Source of the DNA: Planctomycetes bacterium RIFCSPLOWO2_12_FULL_50_35
GTDB lineage: Bacteria > Planctomycetota > Brocadiia > Brocadiales > Bathyanammoxibiaceae
Direction of reading: 5' to 3'
DNA length: 59,733 nt
Assembly: GCA_001828605.1 (NCBI GenBank)
Contig: MHZB01000026.1
Span: 1 to 59,733, forward strand
This document shows, in pieces, positions 1-8,854 of this stretch. How positions within the stretch are numbered: position 1 is the first letter of the stretch; each line of letters starts with the position of its first letter. The notes under the pieces were generated by a model. It made no database searches, was not told the origin of the DNA, and worked only from the letters and a program-made list of their open reading frames with translations. A program made the position numbers and the translations under genes.

Positions 1-170
1 TCTTCGGCGTGCTGTCTGACTGAACAGGTGTTAAAGAGTATGACGTCTGCAGATGCCTCATCGGGGGCGATTCGGTAGCCTTTTTCCATAAAAATTCCCA
101 GGGAGAGCTCCGAGTCCGCCTTATTCATCTGACACCCGAATGTGGTTATGTGGATGGATTTAGCGGTCAT
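1..170 (-). CDS. miaB: MiaB-type tRNA methylthiotransferase, N-terminal fragment (gene runs off the window start)
   Basis: Open-ended, so absent from the ORF track. Reverse strand from ATG 170..168 reads [57 protein letters not shown]. This is the MTTase N-terminal domain (GCQMN ... NTC.VR). Confidence 0.75.
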   Translation of the reverse strand, partial: MTAKSIHITTFGCQMNKADSELSLGIFMEKGYRIAPDEASADVILFNTCSVRQHAE

Positions 171-804
171 TTTTATATTTTAGAATCAAAGCGTCAACTT
201 TTTGAGAGATAACATCTGGGTAATTTTTAAATTTACAGATGATTTGTAACTTACAATTTTCGATTTTCCTAGGATGTCCAATAAACAATCCATCTATTGT
301 TGCAATATTTTTAGAACTGGACATTTCGATCCGCTCATTATAGTCAAAAGCTTGATTTAAAATATCGGCTTCATTATTACAGTAAAGTTTTGCAATAACC
401 CTTGTAAGAACTAAATCTCGTTTGTGTTCAATACCATTAATAACATCAAAAGAAAAATGGAGACCATACAAATAAGGAAACTTTTGTTGATCGAACTGTG
501 GATGATCTTTACGGTCTTTTATGTCAAAACTTTTGATACTGATAGTTGGTTTAACAATAGCAGTTTGGATATTTCCTTCATTGGAAATTCTCAATGCTCT
601 GGTATAATCTTCACTAAAAACCATGCTTGGTTTTTCAGGGAACCATTTTTGTTGGAGGTATGAGCTCAAACAAGATAGGGCATATAAGATAACTGCGGTA
701 GGTAAAATAATCCCCCACGACGATCTATTAGAGTCTACCCGGCTGGAAATCAACAAAATTACAAGAAATAAGACAAAAAGTATAATGTGGAAAACGATTT
801 TCAT
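160..804 (-). CDS. hypothetical membrane protein (two N-terminal TM helices plus a soluble domain of unknown fold)
   Basis: 214-aa ORF, visibly A+T-rich. Hydrophobic N-terminus [21 protein letters not shown] and a second helix [14 protein letters not shown]. No motif recognised. Its stop overlaps the miaB start. Confidence 0.5.
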   Translation of the reverse strand: MKIVFHIILFVLFLVILLISSRVDSNRSSWGIILPTAVILYALSCLSSYLQQKWFPEKPSMVFSEDYTRALRISNEGNIQTAIVKPTISIKSFDIKDRKDHPQFDQQKFPYLYGLHFSFDVINGIEHKRDLVLTRVIAKLYCNNEADILNQAFDYNERIEMSSSKNIATIDGLFIGHPRKIENCKLQIICKFKNYPDVISQKVDALILKYKNDR

Positions 805-953
805 TTCATTACTTAAACGTACTAAACGCGCTTTGTGACTATGTAGCTACTGTTGCTACAATTGCTCTGATTATTTAATCTCTCAGGGTGCCACAGGTTT
901 CAGAGTTATATGTCATCCGCAGGGCTAAAGCCCTGCGGCACCCTTCTACTTAC

Positions 954-1033
954 TGTAGTGGTAAAGCAAGCTCGACTTAGGGCAGAGTGAACTCTGCCGC
1001 TACAATCTTAGCAGAGCAAGCTCTGCCACTACA
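954..1033. repeat. TGTAGTGG...CCACTACA bracketed palindromic element (family B, variant copy)
   Basis: tgtagtggtaaagcaagctcgac...gcagagtgaactctgc...gcagagcaagctctgccactaca. It shares the GTCGAGCAAGCTCGAC and GCAGAGCAAGCTCTGC hairpin modules with the copies at 50838 and 58345. Confidence 0.7.
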
Positions 1034-1055
1034 AAGACTGAAAGAAATATGAAAT

Positions 1056-1115
1056 TAGACCTTTGCAAAATTCTGCATAACTGCCATTCTGAGGGAGCAA
1101 AGCGACCGAAGAATC
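1056..1115. repeat. solo arm of the GTCATTCTGAG palindromic element (family A)
   Basis: tagacctttgcaaaattctgcataactgccattctgagggagcaaagcgaccgaagaatc closely matches the left arm at 50404..50460. No matching right arm follows. Confidence 0.65.
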
Positions 1116-1189
1116 CAGAGGTGCAGCGTCCGATCGGTTCGGCTGAGCGGTTCGGCCCTGAGGCTTCGACAGGCTCAGCCCCTGAGTTA

Positions 1190-1230
1190 ACCGAAGGGCT
1201 CACCACCGAAGGGCTCACCGCCGAAGCCTC
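1190..1230. repeat. short tandem repeat (15-mer, about 2.7 copies)
   Basis: accgaagggctcacc occurs at 1190..1204 and again at 1205..1219, then a degenerate gccgaagcctc. The latter is the inverse of gaggcttcg at about 1161. Confidence 0.7.
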
Positions 1231-1370
1231 TGCATCGGACGTACTCGAAAACGTCTGGTGCAGAGCCCCGACGCTACAAAAACCAGATTCTCCACCGCAC
1301 CCGGAATTACATACAGTAACAGTATTAGTAGACTTTCGCAGAACTATCGGAATAGTCAGTTCCCGGATTC

Positions 1371-1877
1371 TTAATTTTGCAGCCGCTCAAGTTCTTTCGT
1401 AATTTTGTCAATCAACCGCGTAAGTTTTTCTCGAAGGTCCTCGCTCAGTACGCCAAACTCCTCTTTCAACAGTTTCTGCAGGTTCTCCAGGTCTTCTTTC
1501 AACTCTTTGCGCATCTGCTCCCGTTCGGCCTTTTGCTTGGCGCGACGCTCGTCCCGGGTGGCTTCCATCTCCTGCCGCTGTTTGGCCCTTAGTTCTCCCA
1601 TTTCTAACTTCTGCTTGGCGCGTAATTCAGCCATCTCCTGCTGCTGGCGCTGTTTAAGGTCATTTTTGCCTGCGTCAGCAGGCTCAGGAGCCGGACTGGA
1701 CTCCTCCTTAGCAGGGGCAGTTTCGGCAGGTACGGGAGCTGAAGGCTCTTTCGCTTCCTGGGCAGGTGTGATTTCTGAAGCCGGAGGGATTGGAGGCAGC
1801 TGCTCTTCCTGAGCATGGGCAGCTGTGCAAAGGGTCAAAGAAAATATCATAAAGACAAGTGTTATGTTATATCGCAT
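1371..1877 (-). CDS. secreted coiled-coil protein, hypothetical
   Basis: 168 aa. Signal peptide MRYNITLVFMIFSLTLCTAAHA, a Pro/Ala/Glu-rich linker, then charged heptad-like repeats (ELRAKQKLEMGELRAKQRQEME). GAGGT lies 9 nt upstream of the ATG. Confidence 0.6.
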   Translation of the reverse strand: MRYNITLVFMIFSLTLCTAAHAQEEQLPPIPPASEITPAQEAKEPSAPVPAETAPAKEESSPAPEPADAGKNDLKQRQQQEMAELRAKQKLEMGELRAKQRQEMEATRDERRAKQKAEREQMRKELKEDLENLQKLLKEEFGVLSEDLREKLTRLIDKITKELERLQN

Positions 1878-1943
1878 TTATTTACCTCATTATGGGTTAG
1901 ATAATGGTGAGACAATCTCTGTCGTGACATGGGGTAAGAATGA

Positions 1944-2420
1944 TTATGCCTTAGACGGCACTTCTGATTCTTCCAGGAACCCGCGGACACATTTCTCGAC
2001 ATCTTCCATGGTTATGTCCGTGTCCTTGCAGTAGCCGTGGGGCCTTAGGTTAGGTACGGAAAATATGGCCTTCGGGAATGCGGCCATTAACCCGATGCGG
2101 AGTTCCTTCTCGCATGCTATGGCCACCACCCCGCGGATATCTTGTGACTTAACCCTCTGCAGTGCAGCTCTGCCGCCGGTGGCCACAGCCAGTTGAACGC
2201 CGTATTTCTCAGACAGCGCTATCAGGTTCATTACCTTACACTTGCCGCATCGCTTGCACTCATTAAGGTCAAGGGTTATCTTTTGTGGGCATTTTGACCA
2301 TTGGATGCAGTGTGGGAACATAATAAGCAGGCTGGAGGGCGGGCACTTAGAGCCCTTCAGTTTCTGTAACATATTGCTAAGTGAGACAAACTTAGCGTCT
2401 AGTACTTCTCCAATGGACAT
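1944..2420 (-). CDS. DUF116 family protein (Cys-rich, putative metal-binding)
   Basis: 158 aa with LLIMFPHCIQ ... CKRCGKCKV ... VATGG ... VVAIACEKEL, the pattern I associate with DUF116. It lies downstream of def-fmt, as in many bacteria. Confidence 0.7.
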   Translation of the reverse strand: MSIGEVLDAKFVSLSNMLQKLKGSKCPPSSLLIMFPHCIQWSKCPQKITLDLNECKRCGKCKVMNLIALSEKYGVQLAVATGGRAALQRVKSQDIRGVVAIACEKELRIGLMAAFPKAIFSVPNLRPHGYCKDTDITMEDVEKCVRGFLEESEVPSKA

Positions 2421-2439
2421 GTTCTTTTTCCGTTAAAAT

Positions 2440-2527
2440 GAGACCTCTGTAAGACCTTACATAAATTGTCATTCTCCGCTTCACTCGGAATGACATGCAG
2501 TATTTATGGGATTTTTGCAGTGGTCTC
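2440..2527. repeat. family A palindromic element, short copy
   Basis: gagacctctgtaag...ttgtcattctccgcttcactcggaatgacatgc...tttttgcagtggtctc. Inner inverted repeat GTCATTC/GAATGAC and outer arms GAGACCTCTG/CAGTGGTCTC. Confidence 0.7.
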
Positions 2528-2582
2528 TAAGTAAAGATTTACCCCATTTTATAAAGGGCTGGGTGAAAGTCAAGGGTGTTTA

Positions 2583-3545
2583 TTACGGCGTAAAGCACTC
2601 TCCCCCGTCTATCTGATGGCCCCGGAGGTATTCCTGTGCCGTCATCACCCTGCCGCCCTCCGGTTGGAGCTTGGTTATCCATAGTGAGCCGTCTGCCGTG
2701 GCTACCTGTACGCCGTGGGCTGAGGTATTGAGTACAGTTCCCGGTTTGCAGATTTCTTGTGGTGTCTTTTGTGTCTCCAGGTGTGAACACAGGATGATGA
2801 GCCTCTTCTTTGACATGCCGTCTTGGTCGGTAATGAATGAGAAGGCGCCTGGTTTCGGGTTCATCCCGCGGATGAAATCATGTATCTTTTCTGCAGGCTG
2901 ATTCCAGTTGATGAGGCCGTCCTGTTTCTTTAAGCGAGTGGCATAGGTTACTAATTCCTTCCGTTGAGGGGAATAAGATACGGTGGATTGTTTGTAGGCG
3001 TCGAGCACCTTTATCAGGAGGTTTCCTGCCGCCTCTGAGAGCCTTGGCTCCAGGTCTCCAGCCGTATCGTCAGGGCCTATATCCACGGCCTCTTGGAGGA
3101 TGATGTCGCCGGCATCCATTTCATATACTACTTTCTGAGCCGTGACGCCCGTTGTCTTTTCGCCGTTTACAACGGCCCATATAATGGGTGCAGCCCCGCG
3201 GTACTTGGGCAGCAGTGAGGCGTGAAGGTTGATGCAGGCGATTTTTGGGATTTCGAGAAATTCTTGCGACAACTTCTGGCCGAACGCAACCACGACGATC
3301 AGGTCCGGGCCCATATCCCTAAGCTCTCTGAGGGTCTTTGGATCGTTGACGTTCTCCGGCTGCATTACTTTCAGACCAAGTTTCTCGGCCAACTGTTTTA
3401 CGGGCGGGGGGGATGCGTGTTTAAGGTGTCGGCCCTTGGGCCTGTCCGGTTGTGTGATTACGGCAATTATGTTATGCGAGGTTTCTGCAAGGCGCCTGAG
3501 GCTGGGCAGTGCAAAGTCCGGTGTTCCCATAAAGACGACGTTCAT
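2583..3545 (-). CDS. fmt: methionyl-tRNA formyltransferase
   Basis: 320 aa. MNVVFMGTPDFALPSL N-terminus, HASLLPKYRGAAPI motif, directly downstream of def. Confidence 0.95.
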   Translation of the reverse strand: MNVVFMGTPDFALPSLRRLAETSHNIIAVITQPDRPKGRHLKHASPPPVKQLAEKLGLKVMQPENVNDPKTLRELRDMGPDLIVVVAFGQKLSQEFLEIPKIACINLHASLLPKYRGAAPIIWAVVNGEKTTGVTAQKVVYEMDAGDIILQEAVDIGPDDTAGDLEPRLSEAAGNLLIKVLDAYKQSTVSYSPQRKELVTYATRLKKQDGLINWNQPAEKIHDFIRGMNPKPGAFSFITDQDGMSKKRLIILCSHLETQKTPQEICKPGTVLNTSAHGVQVATADGSLWITKLQPEGGRVMTAQEYLRGHQIDGGECFTP

Positions 3546-3599
3546 GATTGATATAAGTTCTCCGAACGGTGCGCAACTGCGGGGGACTAAAAGGACGGT

Positions 3600-4121
3600 T
3601 TACAGGCTGCGAGTGATGGCTACCCCTTCTTTGTATATCGCCTCCAGCTCTTTGATCCTTCTCGAGTTTGCTATGCTGCTGGCGGGGGTCATCTTGTCTA
3701 TGATTAAGACACCGTTGAGATGGTCTATCTCGTGCTGCCACACCCGCGCCTCAAGGCCGCTCGCCTCTAGCGCCAACTCATCTCCCTCAAGATTGTATGC
3801 CGATACTTTTACCTTCTCTGACCTCGGTATTTTCCCGAAGACACCGGGCAGGCTGAGACAGCCTTCTTCTTCCAGCGACTCACCCTCTTGGTGGATTATA
3901 ACAGGGTTTATGTAGACGCGCTCGCCGGCCTTCTCGCCGGTGGGATCTTTTACCAGGAGCCTTACGGGCCAGCCTGCCTGGGTGGCGGCAAGCCCTATAC
4001 CCTCGGCCTGGTACATGAGTTGGAGCATAACTTCTGCCTTTTCTCGGAGGTCTTCGGTTATCTCCTTTACGGGTTTGGCCTTCTGCCTAAGTCGTGGGTC
4101 AGGGTAAATTAATATATTCAT
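3600..4121 (-). CDS. def: peptide deformylase
   Basis: 173 aa with the three PDF motifs: GIGLAATQ, EGCLSLPG, QHEIDHLNG. Confidence 0.95.
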   Translation of the reverse strand: MNILIYPDPRLRQKAKPVKEITEDLREKAEVMLQLMYQAEGIGLAATQAGWPVRLLVKDPTGEKAGERVYINPVIIHQEGESLEEEGCLSLPGVFGKIPRSEKVKVSAYNLEGDELALEASGLEARVWQHEIDHLNGVLIIDKMTPASSIANSRRIKELEAIYKEGVAITRSL

Positions 4122-4290
4122 AGTTGGGTACGATTCAAAGATATATTAAATTGAATGGCCCCTTGGATGCCCATAAAAACCAAGTATAGCAATCATGTGG
4201 CAGTAATGCAAGGGGCGGTGGGTTTATTTCTGTTGACAGACGGTCTTTAGTGTAATAAGTTACTTAACTTTGATACTTGTGGAGGATATT

Positions 4291-4587
4291 ATGACACATA
4301 GACCAACGTCTGCAAAGAGTCTGAGACAAAATATAAAGCGCCGGGCCGGTAACCGTACTGCGATATCCAGGCTGAGGACGCAGTTAAAGAAATTCGCTAA
4401 GGCCACTGAGGCAGGTAACACAGCGGCTGCCAGGGAGGAGTTGCGTATTACCGTTAAGGCGCTTGATCAGGCGGCAGCCAAGAGTCTCATCAAAAAGGGT
4501 ACGGTGTCCCGCTACAAATCCCGTCTGACAAAGAGACTTAACAAGCTCTCGGGAGCGGGTAAAGAGACCTCGAAGGCCGCGGAATAA
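4291..4587 (+). CDS. rpsT: 30S ribosomal protein S20
   Basis: MTHRPTSAKSLRQNIKRRAGNRTAISRLRTQLKKF..., basic and alpha-helical as expected for S20. GGAGGA at 4281..4286 precedes ATG 4291. The track ORF starts earlier, at TTG 4270. Confidence 0.9.
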   Translation: MTHRPTSAKSLRQNIKRRAGNRTAISRLRTQLKKFAKATEAGNTAAAREELRITVKALDQAAAKSLIKKGTVSRYKSRLTKRLNKLSGAGKETSKAAE

Positions 4588-4595
4588 CAAACAGA

Positions 4596-5534
4596 TTATG
4601 TAATCTCCAGAAGGGCGTTCAAGTGCTGTTCTATGCAGAGCGGCAAACCCTGGAGGCTGTAGCCACCCTCAAGGCACGATACTATTCGGTCCTGGCTGCA
4701 TCTTTTTGCCACGTCCATGGTTATTTTGGTAAGCGTGGCGAAATCTTTTGCTGACAGGCCGAGTCCCGCTATAGGATCTTCCGCATAGGTGTCAAAGCCT
4801 GCAGATATAATGATAAACTCCGGGTCAAATGCCGAGGCACTCCCGTTCATCACATTCCTGAATGACTGGATATATTCCTCAGGAGAGGTGCCTTCCCGGA
4901 TGGGTATGTTTATGGTAAAGCCGTCTCCCTCGCCGTTTCCCCTCTCGTCTTTGCCGCCCGTGCCGGGATAGAAAGGCCATCTGTGGAGCGACAGGTAAAG
5001 CACACGTGGGTCGTTATAGAATATCTCCTGGGTGCCGTTGCCGTGGTGGCAGTCCCAGTCCACAATCAGCACGCGCTCGAGTTTGTGTCTGGATATAAGG
5101 TATTGTGCGGCGATTGCGGCATTGTTAAAGATGCAGAATCCCATGCCCCGTGCGGGTCTTGCATGGTGACCCGGCGGTCTGACCAGGCAGAAGGCGTTTG
5201 TGTCCTTTTTCCCCATCACAAGGTCCGACGCAGTAAGAAGCGCCCCTGCGGCGTAGATGGCGGCCTGGTAGGAATCACGCGAAAGCACCGTGTCCGGGTC
5301 CAACTGACCGCCACCACCCTCGGCCACCTTCCTGGCCCTGCTGATGTAACCCCTGTCATGTACAAGCGCAATCTCTTCTACAGTTGCAGCCCTGGGGCTC
5401 ACCAGGGTTAATTTATTCCACAGACCGGCGGATTTCAGGTGGTCAATGGTACACTCAAGCCGTTTATAATTTTCAGGGTGATAGGGGGCGGTGTCGTGTT
5501 TAAGGTAGATATCGTCATAAAGGAGAAGTGTCAT
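4596..5534 (-). CDS. histone deacetylase-family amidohydrolase (AcuC/HDAC-like)
   Basis: 312 aa with RPPGHHARPARGMGFCIFNNAAIAA and DWDCHHGNGTQ, the class I/II HDAC catalytic signatures. Confidence 0.9.
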   Translation of the reverse strand: MTLLLYDDIYLKHDTAPYHPENYKRLECTIDHLKSAGLWNKLTLVSPRAATVEEIALVHDRGYISRARKVAEGGGGQLDPDTVLSRDSYQAAIYAAGALLTASDLVMGKKDTNAFCLVRPPGHHARPARGMGFCIFNNAAIAAQYLISRHKLERVLIVDWDCHHGNGTQEIFYNDPRVLYLSLHRWPFYPGTGGKDERGNGEGDGFTINIPIREGTSPEEYIQSFRNVMNGSASAFDPEFIIISAGFDTYAEDPIAGLGLSAKDFATLTKITMDVAKRCSQDRIVSCLEGGYSLQGLPLCIEQHLNALLEIT

Positions 5535-5567
5535 TTATACCTCTCGAAACTTTCTATGGATACAACA

Positions 5568-5683
5568 AAATCTCTGCAGGATACGCAAACTGTCATTGCG
5601 AGGAACGGCAGTGACGAAGCAATCTCATAAGCGGTCTTTACCGGAGAATATGGGATTGCTTCGCCTCGCTCGCAATGACAACG
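5568..5683. repeat. family A palindromic element, GTCATTGCGAG variant
   Basis: ctgtcattgcgaggaacggcagtgacgaagcaatc ... gattgcttcgcctcgctcgcaatgacaa. Long imperfect inverted repeat; the left outer arm aaatctctgcagg is present. Confidence 0.7.
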
Positions 5684-5777
5684 TGTAACATTAAGTTACA
5701 AGGGTATATAGTTTAGGTGTGGTACTAGGTGCTAATTAGAGTTGATTTATTTTTAAGTGTCAAATAGAATCTGTGCC

Positions 5778-6197
5778 ATGACAAAGGGACACGTGCTGGG
5801 TGTGTCGTTGTTACTGGTAACCTTTCTTTTCACAGGAGTTACTACACTCGGGGTACACGTCCCGAAAAGGGTAACGTTGTCACAGTGCTGCGGCGGCGAC
5901 TGCCGTTGTCCTCCAGGACAGTGTGAGTGTTGTGGACACGCACCGGAGGTGGAACATAGCGTTCCACCCAACCAAAACGAGAGTCAGGCTAATGACACGG
6001 CGTCTTTTTGGAGAAGCCTAGCCTGTACCGGGCATACCACGGTATTATTCCACTTCGCACACGACCCTTATATGCACGATTTTGGTCCTATTGCCCTGTT
6101 TGATGATGTCTACTCATGGCAAGAAGAACCTGGTGTCCCCATAATTGAGGACAGCCTTATTCTTCCTCCCGACAAAGTTCCCAGACTCCTTTCTTGA
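5778..6197 (+). CDS. hypothetical protein with N-terminal TM/signal and a metallothionein-like Cys cluster
   Basis: MTKGHVLGVSLLLVTFLFTG, then CCGGDCRCPPGQCECCGH. The start is ambiguous (GTG 5757 or ATG 5778). No known family recognised. Confidence 0.4.
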   Translation: MTKGHVLGVSLLLVTFLFTGVTTLGVHVPKRVTLSQCCGGDCRCPPGQCECCGHAPEVEHSVPPNQNESQANDTASFWRSLACTGHTTVLFHFAHDPYMHDFGPIALFDDVYSWQEEPGVPIIEDSLILPPDKVPRLLS

Positions 6198-6339
6198 CCT
6201 AACCCATCTCAAAAGTTTCGTGACTATCACCGCAGGAGAAGTGCGTCCGTAGTGCGCCCACGGTATACCCACCATGCGCCCGGTGGTTGCACTGCACGCT
6301 TATTCTGAGGTAACTGATATTGGTTGAGAAAGGAGCAAC

Positions 6340-7383
6340 ATGATGAGACTCTTTGCGGTAATATTGTCTTTACTGCTTTATGTAATGGCGCCAGTTGACT
6401 ATGTCTATGGGCATCACGCTGTGGTTAGTGGACTGGGTACGGGTCGTTCTGGTCCCATCACTACAGCTTCAGCCGGGCCTGTTTCTGTGGGCGGCTTTTT
6501 TTCAGACATTCGGACGGACCTTATACAGTTCCGCAGATTTACGGATTCACAGTTGCTCAGCTTCGCGCAGGAGGATCAGCACGTAGACAGCACTGACTTC
6601 ACGCTTACGTCATCCATCGGAGTTGCGTATGGCGCTATGGAACACCTCACTGTGGGCTTCCGAATGCCGTATGTATGGCAGCAGGACATACGCGAGGGGC
6701 ACAATGACGACGGTGATGTAGAGCTTCATAAGGAAGGTAGTTCTGCTGGTTTTGGCGACTTGACGCTTTATGGTATGTACAGGTTTCTTGAAGACAAGGA
6801 CAGGGACATTCATATTGCCGGAATCTTAGGTGTGAGCGTCCCTACGGGTGAAACCACTAAGAGGACGGACCTCGGCACCCGATTCGAGACGGAGCATCAG
6901 CCCGGCTCAGGTTCATGGGACCCCATGGCCGGCCTTGCCTTCACTAAGCATTGGGGCGGTCTTTCCCTTAGTAGCAATGTCTTGTACATCTATACAACCC
7001 CCGGTGCGCAGCGCACCGTTCTTGGCGACAGCTTTGAGTACAACCTGGCCCTTTCCTATAGGGTTGGTAAAGAAAAGCATGTGCACAACCATAGTTACGA
7101 CCATGGTTCTGGTAATAAGCATGACCATGGTGGCCATTGGCACGTTGACTGGGACCTCGTTACTGAGCTCAATGGAGTGTGGACTCAAAAGCAGGAGATT
7201 AGGGGTAAGAAGGACGACGACAGCGGCGGGACGATACTCTACCTTTCTCCCGGGGTGAGAATGTTGGTAGGAAATCATGTCTCTTTTACGGCGGCATTTT
7301 TGTATCCAATTCAGCAGGATCCTAATGGCAAGGAACATGAAGTTGATTATCGGGCTATTGTTGGGGCCGGTGTTGGGTTCTGA
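6340..7383 (+). CDS. outer-membrane beta-barrel, MetA-pathway/transporter-like family, with a His-rich loop
   Basis: 347 aa. Signal peptide, FGDLTL and SVPTGE motifs, alternating beta-strand pattern, C-terminal ...GAGVGF (terminal Phe). Has the loop HVHNHSYDHGSGNKHDHGGHWH. AAAGGAG Shine-Dalgarno (SD) site. Confidence 0.7.
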   Translation: MMRLFAVILSLLLYVMAPVDYVYGHHAVVSGLGTGRSGPITTASAGPVSVGGFFSDIRTDLIQFRRFTDSQLLSFAQEDQHVDSTDFTLTSSIGVAYGAMEHLTVGFRMPYVWQQDIREGHNDDGDVELHKEGSSAGFGDLTLYGMYRFLEDKDRDIHIAGILGVSVPTGETTKRTDLGTRFETEHQPGSGSWDPMAGLAFTKHWGGLSLSSNVLYIYTTPGAQRTVLGDSFEYNLALSYRVGKEKHVHNHSYDHGSGNKHDHGGHWHVDWDLVTELNGVWTQKQEIRGKKDDDSGGTILYLSPGVRMLVGNHVSFTAAFLYPIQQDPNGKEHEVDYRAIVGAGVGF

Positions 7384-7417
7384 GTCTTGGGAGATATAAT
7401 GCATTAATCGTTACAGG

Positions 7418-7460
7418 CCGCAGTGTACAATAAACAAGTACACTGTGGCAGGTTTTTGTT
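7418..7460 (+). terminator. rho-independent terminator after the OMP gene
   Basis: ccgcagtgtac / gtacactgtgg stem (one G-U pair), 9-nt loop, then caggtttttgttt. Confidence 0.65.
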
Positions 7461-7536
7461 TGGCAGTGGTTCGTTTAGGAGCTAAAATCAGCTAACTTTG
7501 GAAGCGTGCCACAATAAATAGGTGAGCAAGGTAAGA

Positions 7537-8133
7537 ATGGGCAGCATATCTGACCAAGAACTGCTGGGACTAATTCGTAAGAGTATAGACCCGGACAGCA
7601 TCGCCGCCAAGGACTCCAGGATTACCCGGAGGAGACTGGAAGAGTTCTTTGGCCATCTCAATAGTATCATAAAGACGGGGCCAGGCTTGGTTAAAGATAA
7701 GGTGGGTAAGCCTTTTTCCGGGGGACATGTCCTTGTATATACAGACGGCGCATCTCGCGGCAATCCCGGTAAGGCGGGTATCGGGGTGGTTATATGCGAC
7801 AAAGAGCAAAATGTCCTGGAGGAGATTAGTGAGTATATAGGGGAGACCACAAACAACGTTGCCGAATACAGGGCACTGATAAGCGGTCTGGAAGGGGTGC
7901 GGAAGTACCATCCAAAGGAATTGGAAATGTTTTCCGACAGTGAGTTGTTGGTTAAGCAGATAAACGGCCAATACAAGGTAAGGTCGCCGTCAATACTGCC
8001 CCTTTACAAAGAGGCCAAAAGGCTGGCGGAGACGCTGCCGAAGTGGAAAATACGGCATATCCCAAGGGAAGAAAACCCGCTGGCCGACGCGCTGGCGAAC
8101 AGGGCCATAGACGAACATTGTGGGTGCCCATAG
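7537..8133 (+). CDS. rnhA: ribonuclease HI-family protein with an N-terminal extension of about 65 aa
   Basis: VYTDGASRGNPGKAG, NNVAEYRAL, SDSELLVKQ, EENPLADALAN: the RNase H DEDD pattern. Start is either ATG 7537 or GTG 7522. Confidence 0.85.
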   Translation: MGSISDQELLGLIRKSIDPDSIAAKDSRITRRRLEEFFGHLNSIIKTGPGLVKDKVGKPFSGGHVLVYTDGASRGNPGKAGIGVVICDKEQNVLEEISEYIGETTNNVAEYRALISGLEGVRKYHPKELEMFSDSELLVKQINGQYKVRSPSILPLYKEAKRLAETLPKWKIRHIPREENPLADALANRAIDEHCGCP

Positions 8134-8139
8134 TGAGAG

Positions 8140-8269
8140 AGTTTTGAAAAAGTCTCCTATAGAGTATGTTGATGTCATTCTGAGCGTAGCGAAGAATCTC
8201 CAAAATACGAGATTCTTCGGTCGTTTCACTCCCTCAGAATGACAGTAGTGCGGACTTTTCAGAGGTCTC
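8140..8269. repeat. family A palindromic element
   Basis: gatgtcattctgagcgtagcgaagaatctc caaaatac gagattcttcggtcgtttcactccctcagaatgacag, flanked by ttttgaaaaagtctc and ttttcagaggtctc. Confidence 0.75.
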
Positions 8270-8328
8270 AGTGACTGAGGAACCTCTACATTTTCAAGCG
8301 CTTTGGGTATGTGGAAGGGCTTTTATTC

Positions 8329-8358
8329 TTGACAATTACTGCAAATAAAAGATATTAT
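8329..8358 (+). promoter_or_regulatory. sigma-70-like promoter upstream of the small zinc-ribbon gene and leuC
   Basis: TTGACA, 18-nt spacer, TATTAT. Confidence 0.45.
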
Positions 8359-8456
8359 TACGATTTAAGATTGAGACCTTGAAGGGAGGTGTCTGTTTAG
8401 CAAAAATAGGAATCTTTTGTTCCGGCAAAAGGCCTACGGGACACGGAGGATAATTG

Positions 8457-8759
8457 ATGATACATTATTCGTGTGATATGTGCGGCAGTATTATAAAGAC
8501 CGAGGAGGAGTTGCGGTATGTCGTAAAGATAGAGATTTATCCCGCCGACGACGATGAAGAGGAAAACGAGGAGCTTGGCAGTATTGGTGACGATATAGCA
8601 GGGTTCGACCTCGAAGATGAGAAGGGATTAGAAGAAGACTCTGCGGATGATATGGAATACAAGACCCTCCGTTTTGATTTGTGTTCAGAATGTCATAAGA
8701 GATACGTGCGCGACCCGTTATTTGTAAAGAGTCACAGGAGTCGCTTCCTTGATAATTAA
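8457..8759 (+). CDS. small zinc-ribbon protein with an acidic central linker, hypothetical
   Basis: CDMCG near the N-terminus and CSECH near the C-terminus, flanking a D/E-rich tract (ADDDEEENEE...DLEDEKGLEEDSADD). GGAGGA lies 6 nt before ATG 8457. Confidence 0.6.
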   Translation: MIHYSCDMCGSIIKTEEELRYVVKIEIYPADDDEEENEELGSIGDDIAGFDLEDEKGLEEDSADDMEYKTLRFDLCSECHKRYVRDPLFVKSHRSRFLDN

Positions 8760-8854
8760 ACAAATGATGGGTCTTTTCCTTCCATAAATAAGACACCTCT
8801 AGTAATTATCTCACCGTGTTGATTATTCGTGTTATTTATGAATAGTTTAAGATT

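Noticed and set aside
1000-1402. Track ORFs 1000..1218 (-) and 1049..1402 (+) as protein-coding genes
   Set aside because: Both read straight through palindromic and tandem repeat modules. They give the low-complexity, repeat-derived peptides (ILHNCHSEGAKRPKNP, TEGLTTEGLTAEA) seen wherever these repeats occur. They have no SD site and mutually overlap.
5753-5971. ORF 5753..5971 (-) overlapping the Cys-cluster ORF
   Set aside because: It is antisense to the better-supported plus-strand ORF, which has a TM segment and lies upstream of the co-oriented OMP gene. It has no signals of its own, and the plus-strand ORF itself is only moderately supported.
7952-8229. ORFs 7952..8203 (-) and 7990..8229 (-) downstream of the RNase H gene, and similarly 40959..41177 (-)
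   Set aside because: They are translations of family A repeats (MEILRYAQNDI..., VILSEAKNDS...) and partly antisense to real genes. This is the typical repeat-induced false-ORF signature.
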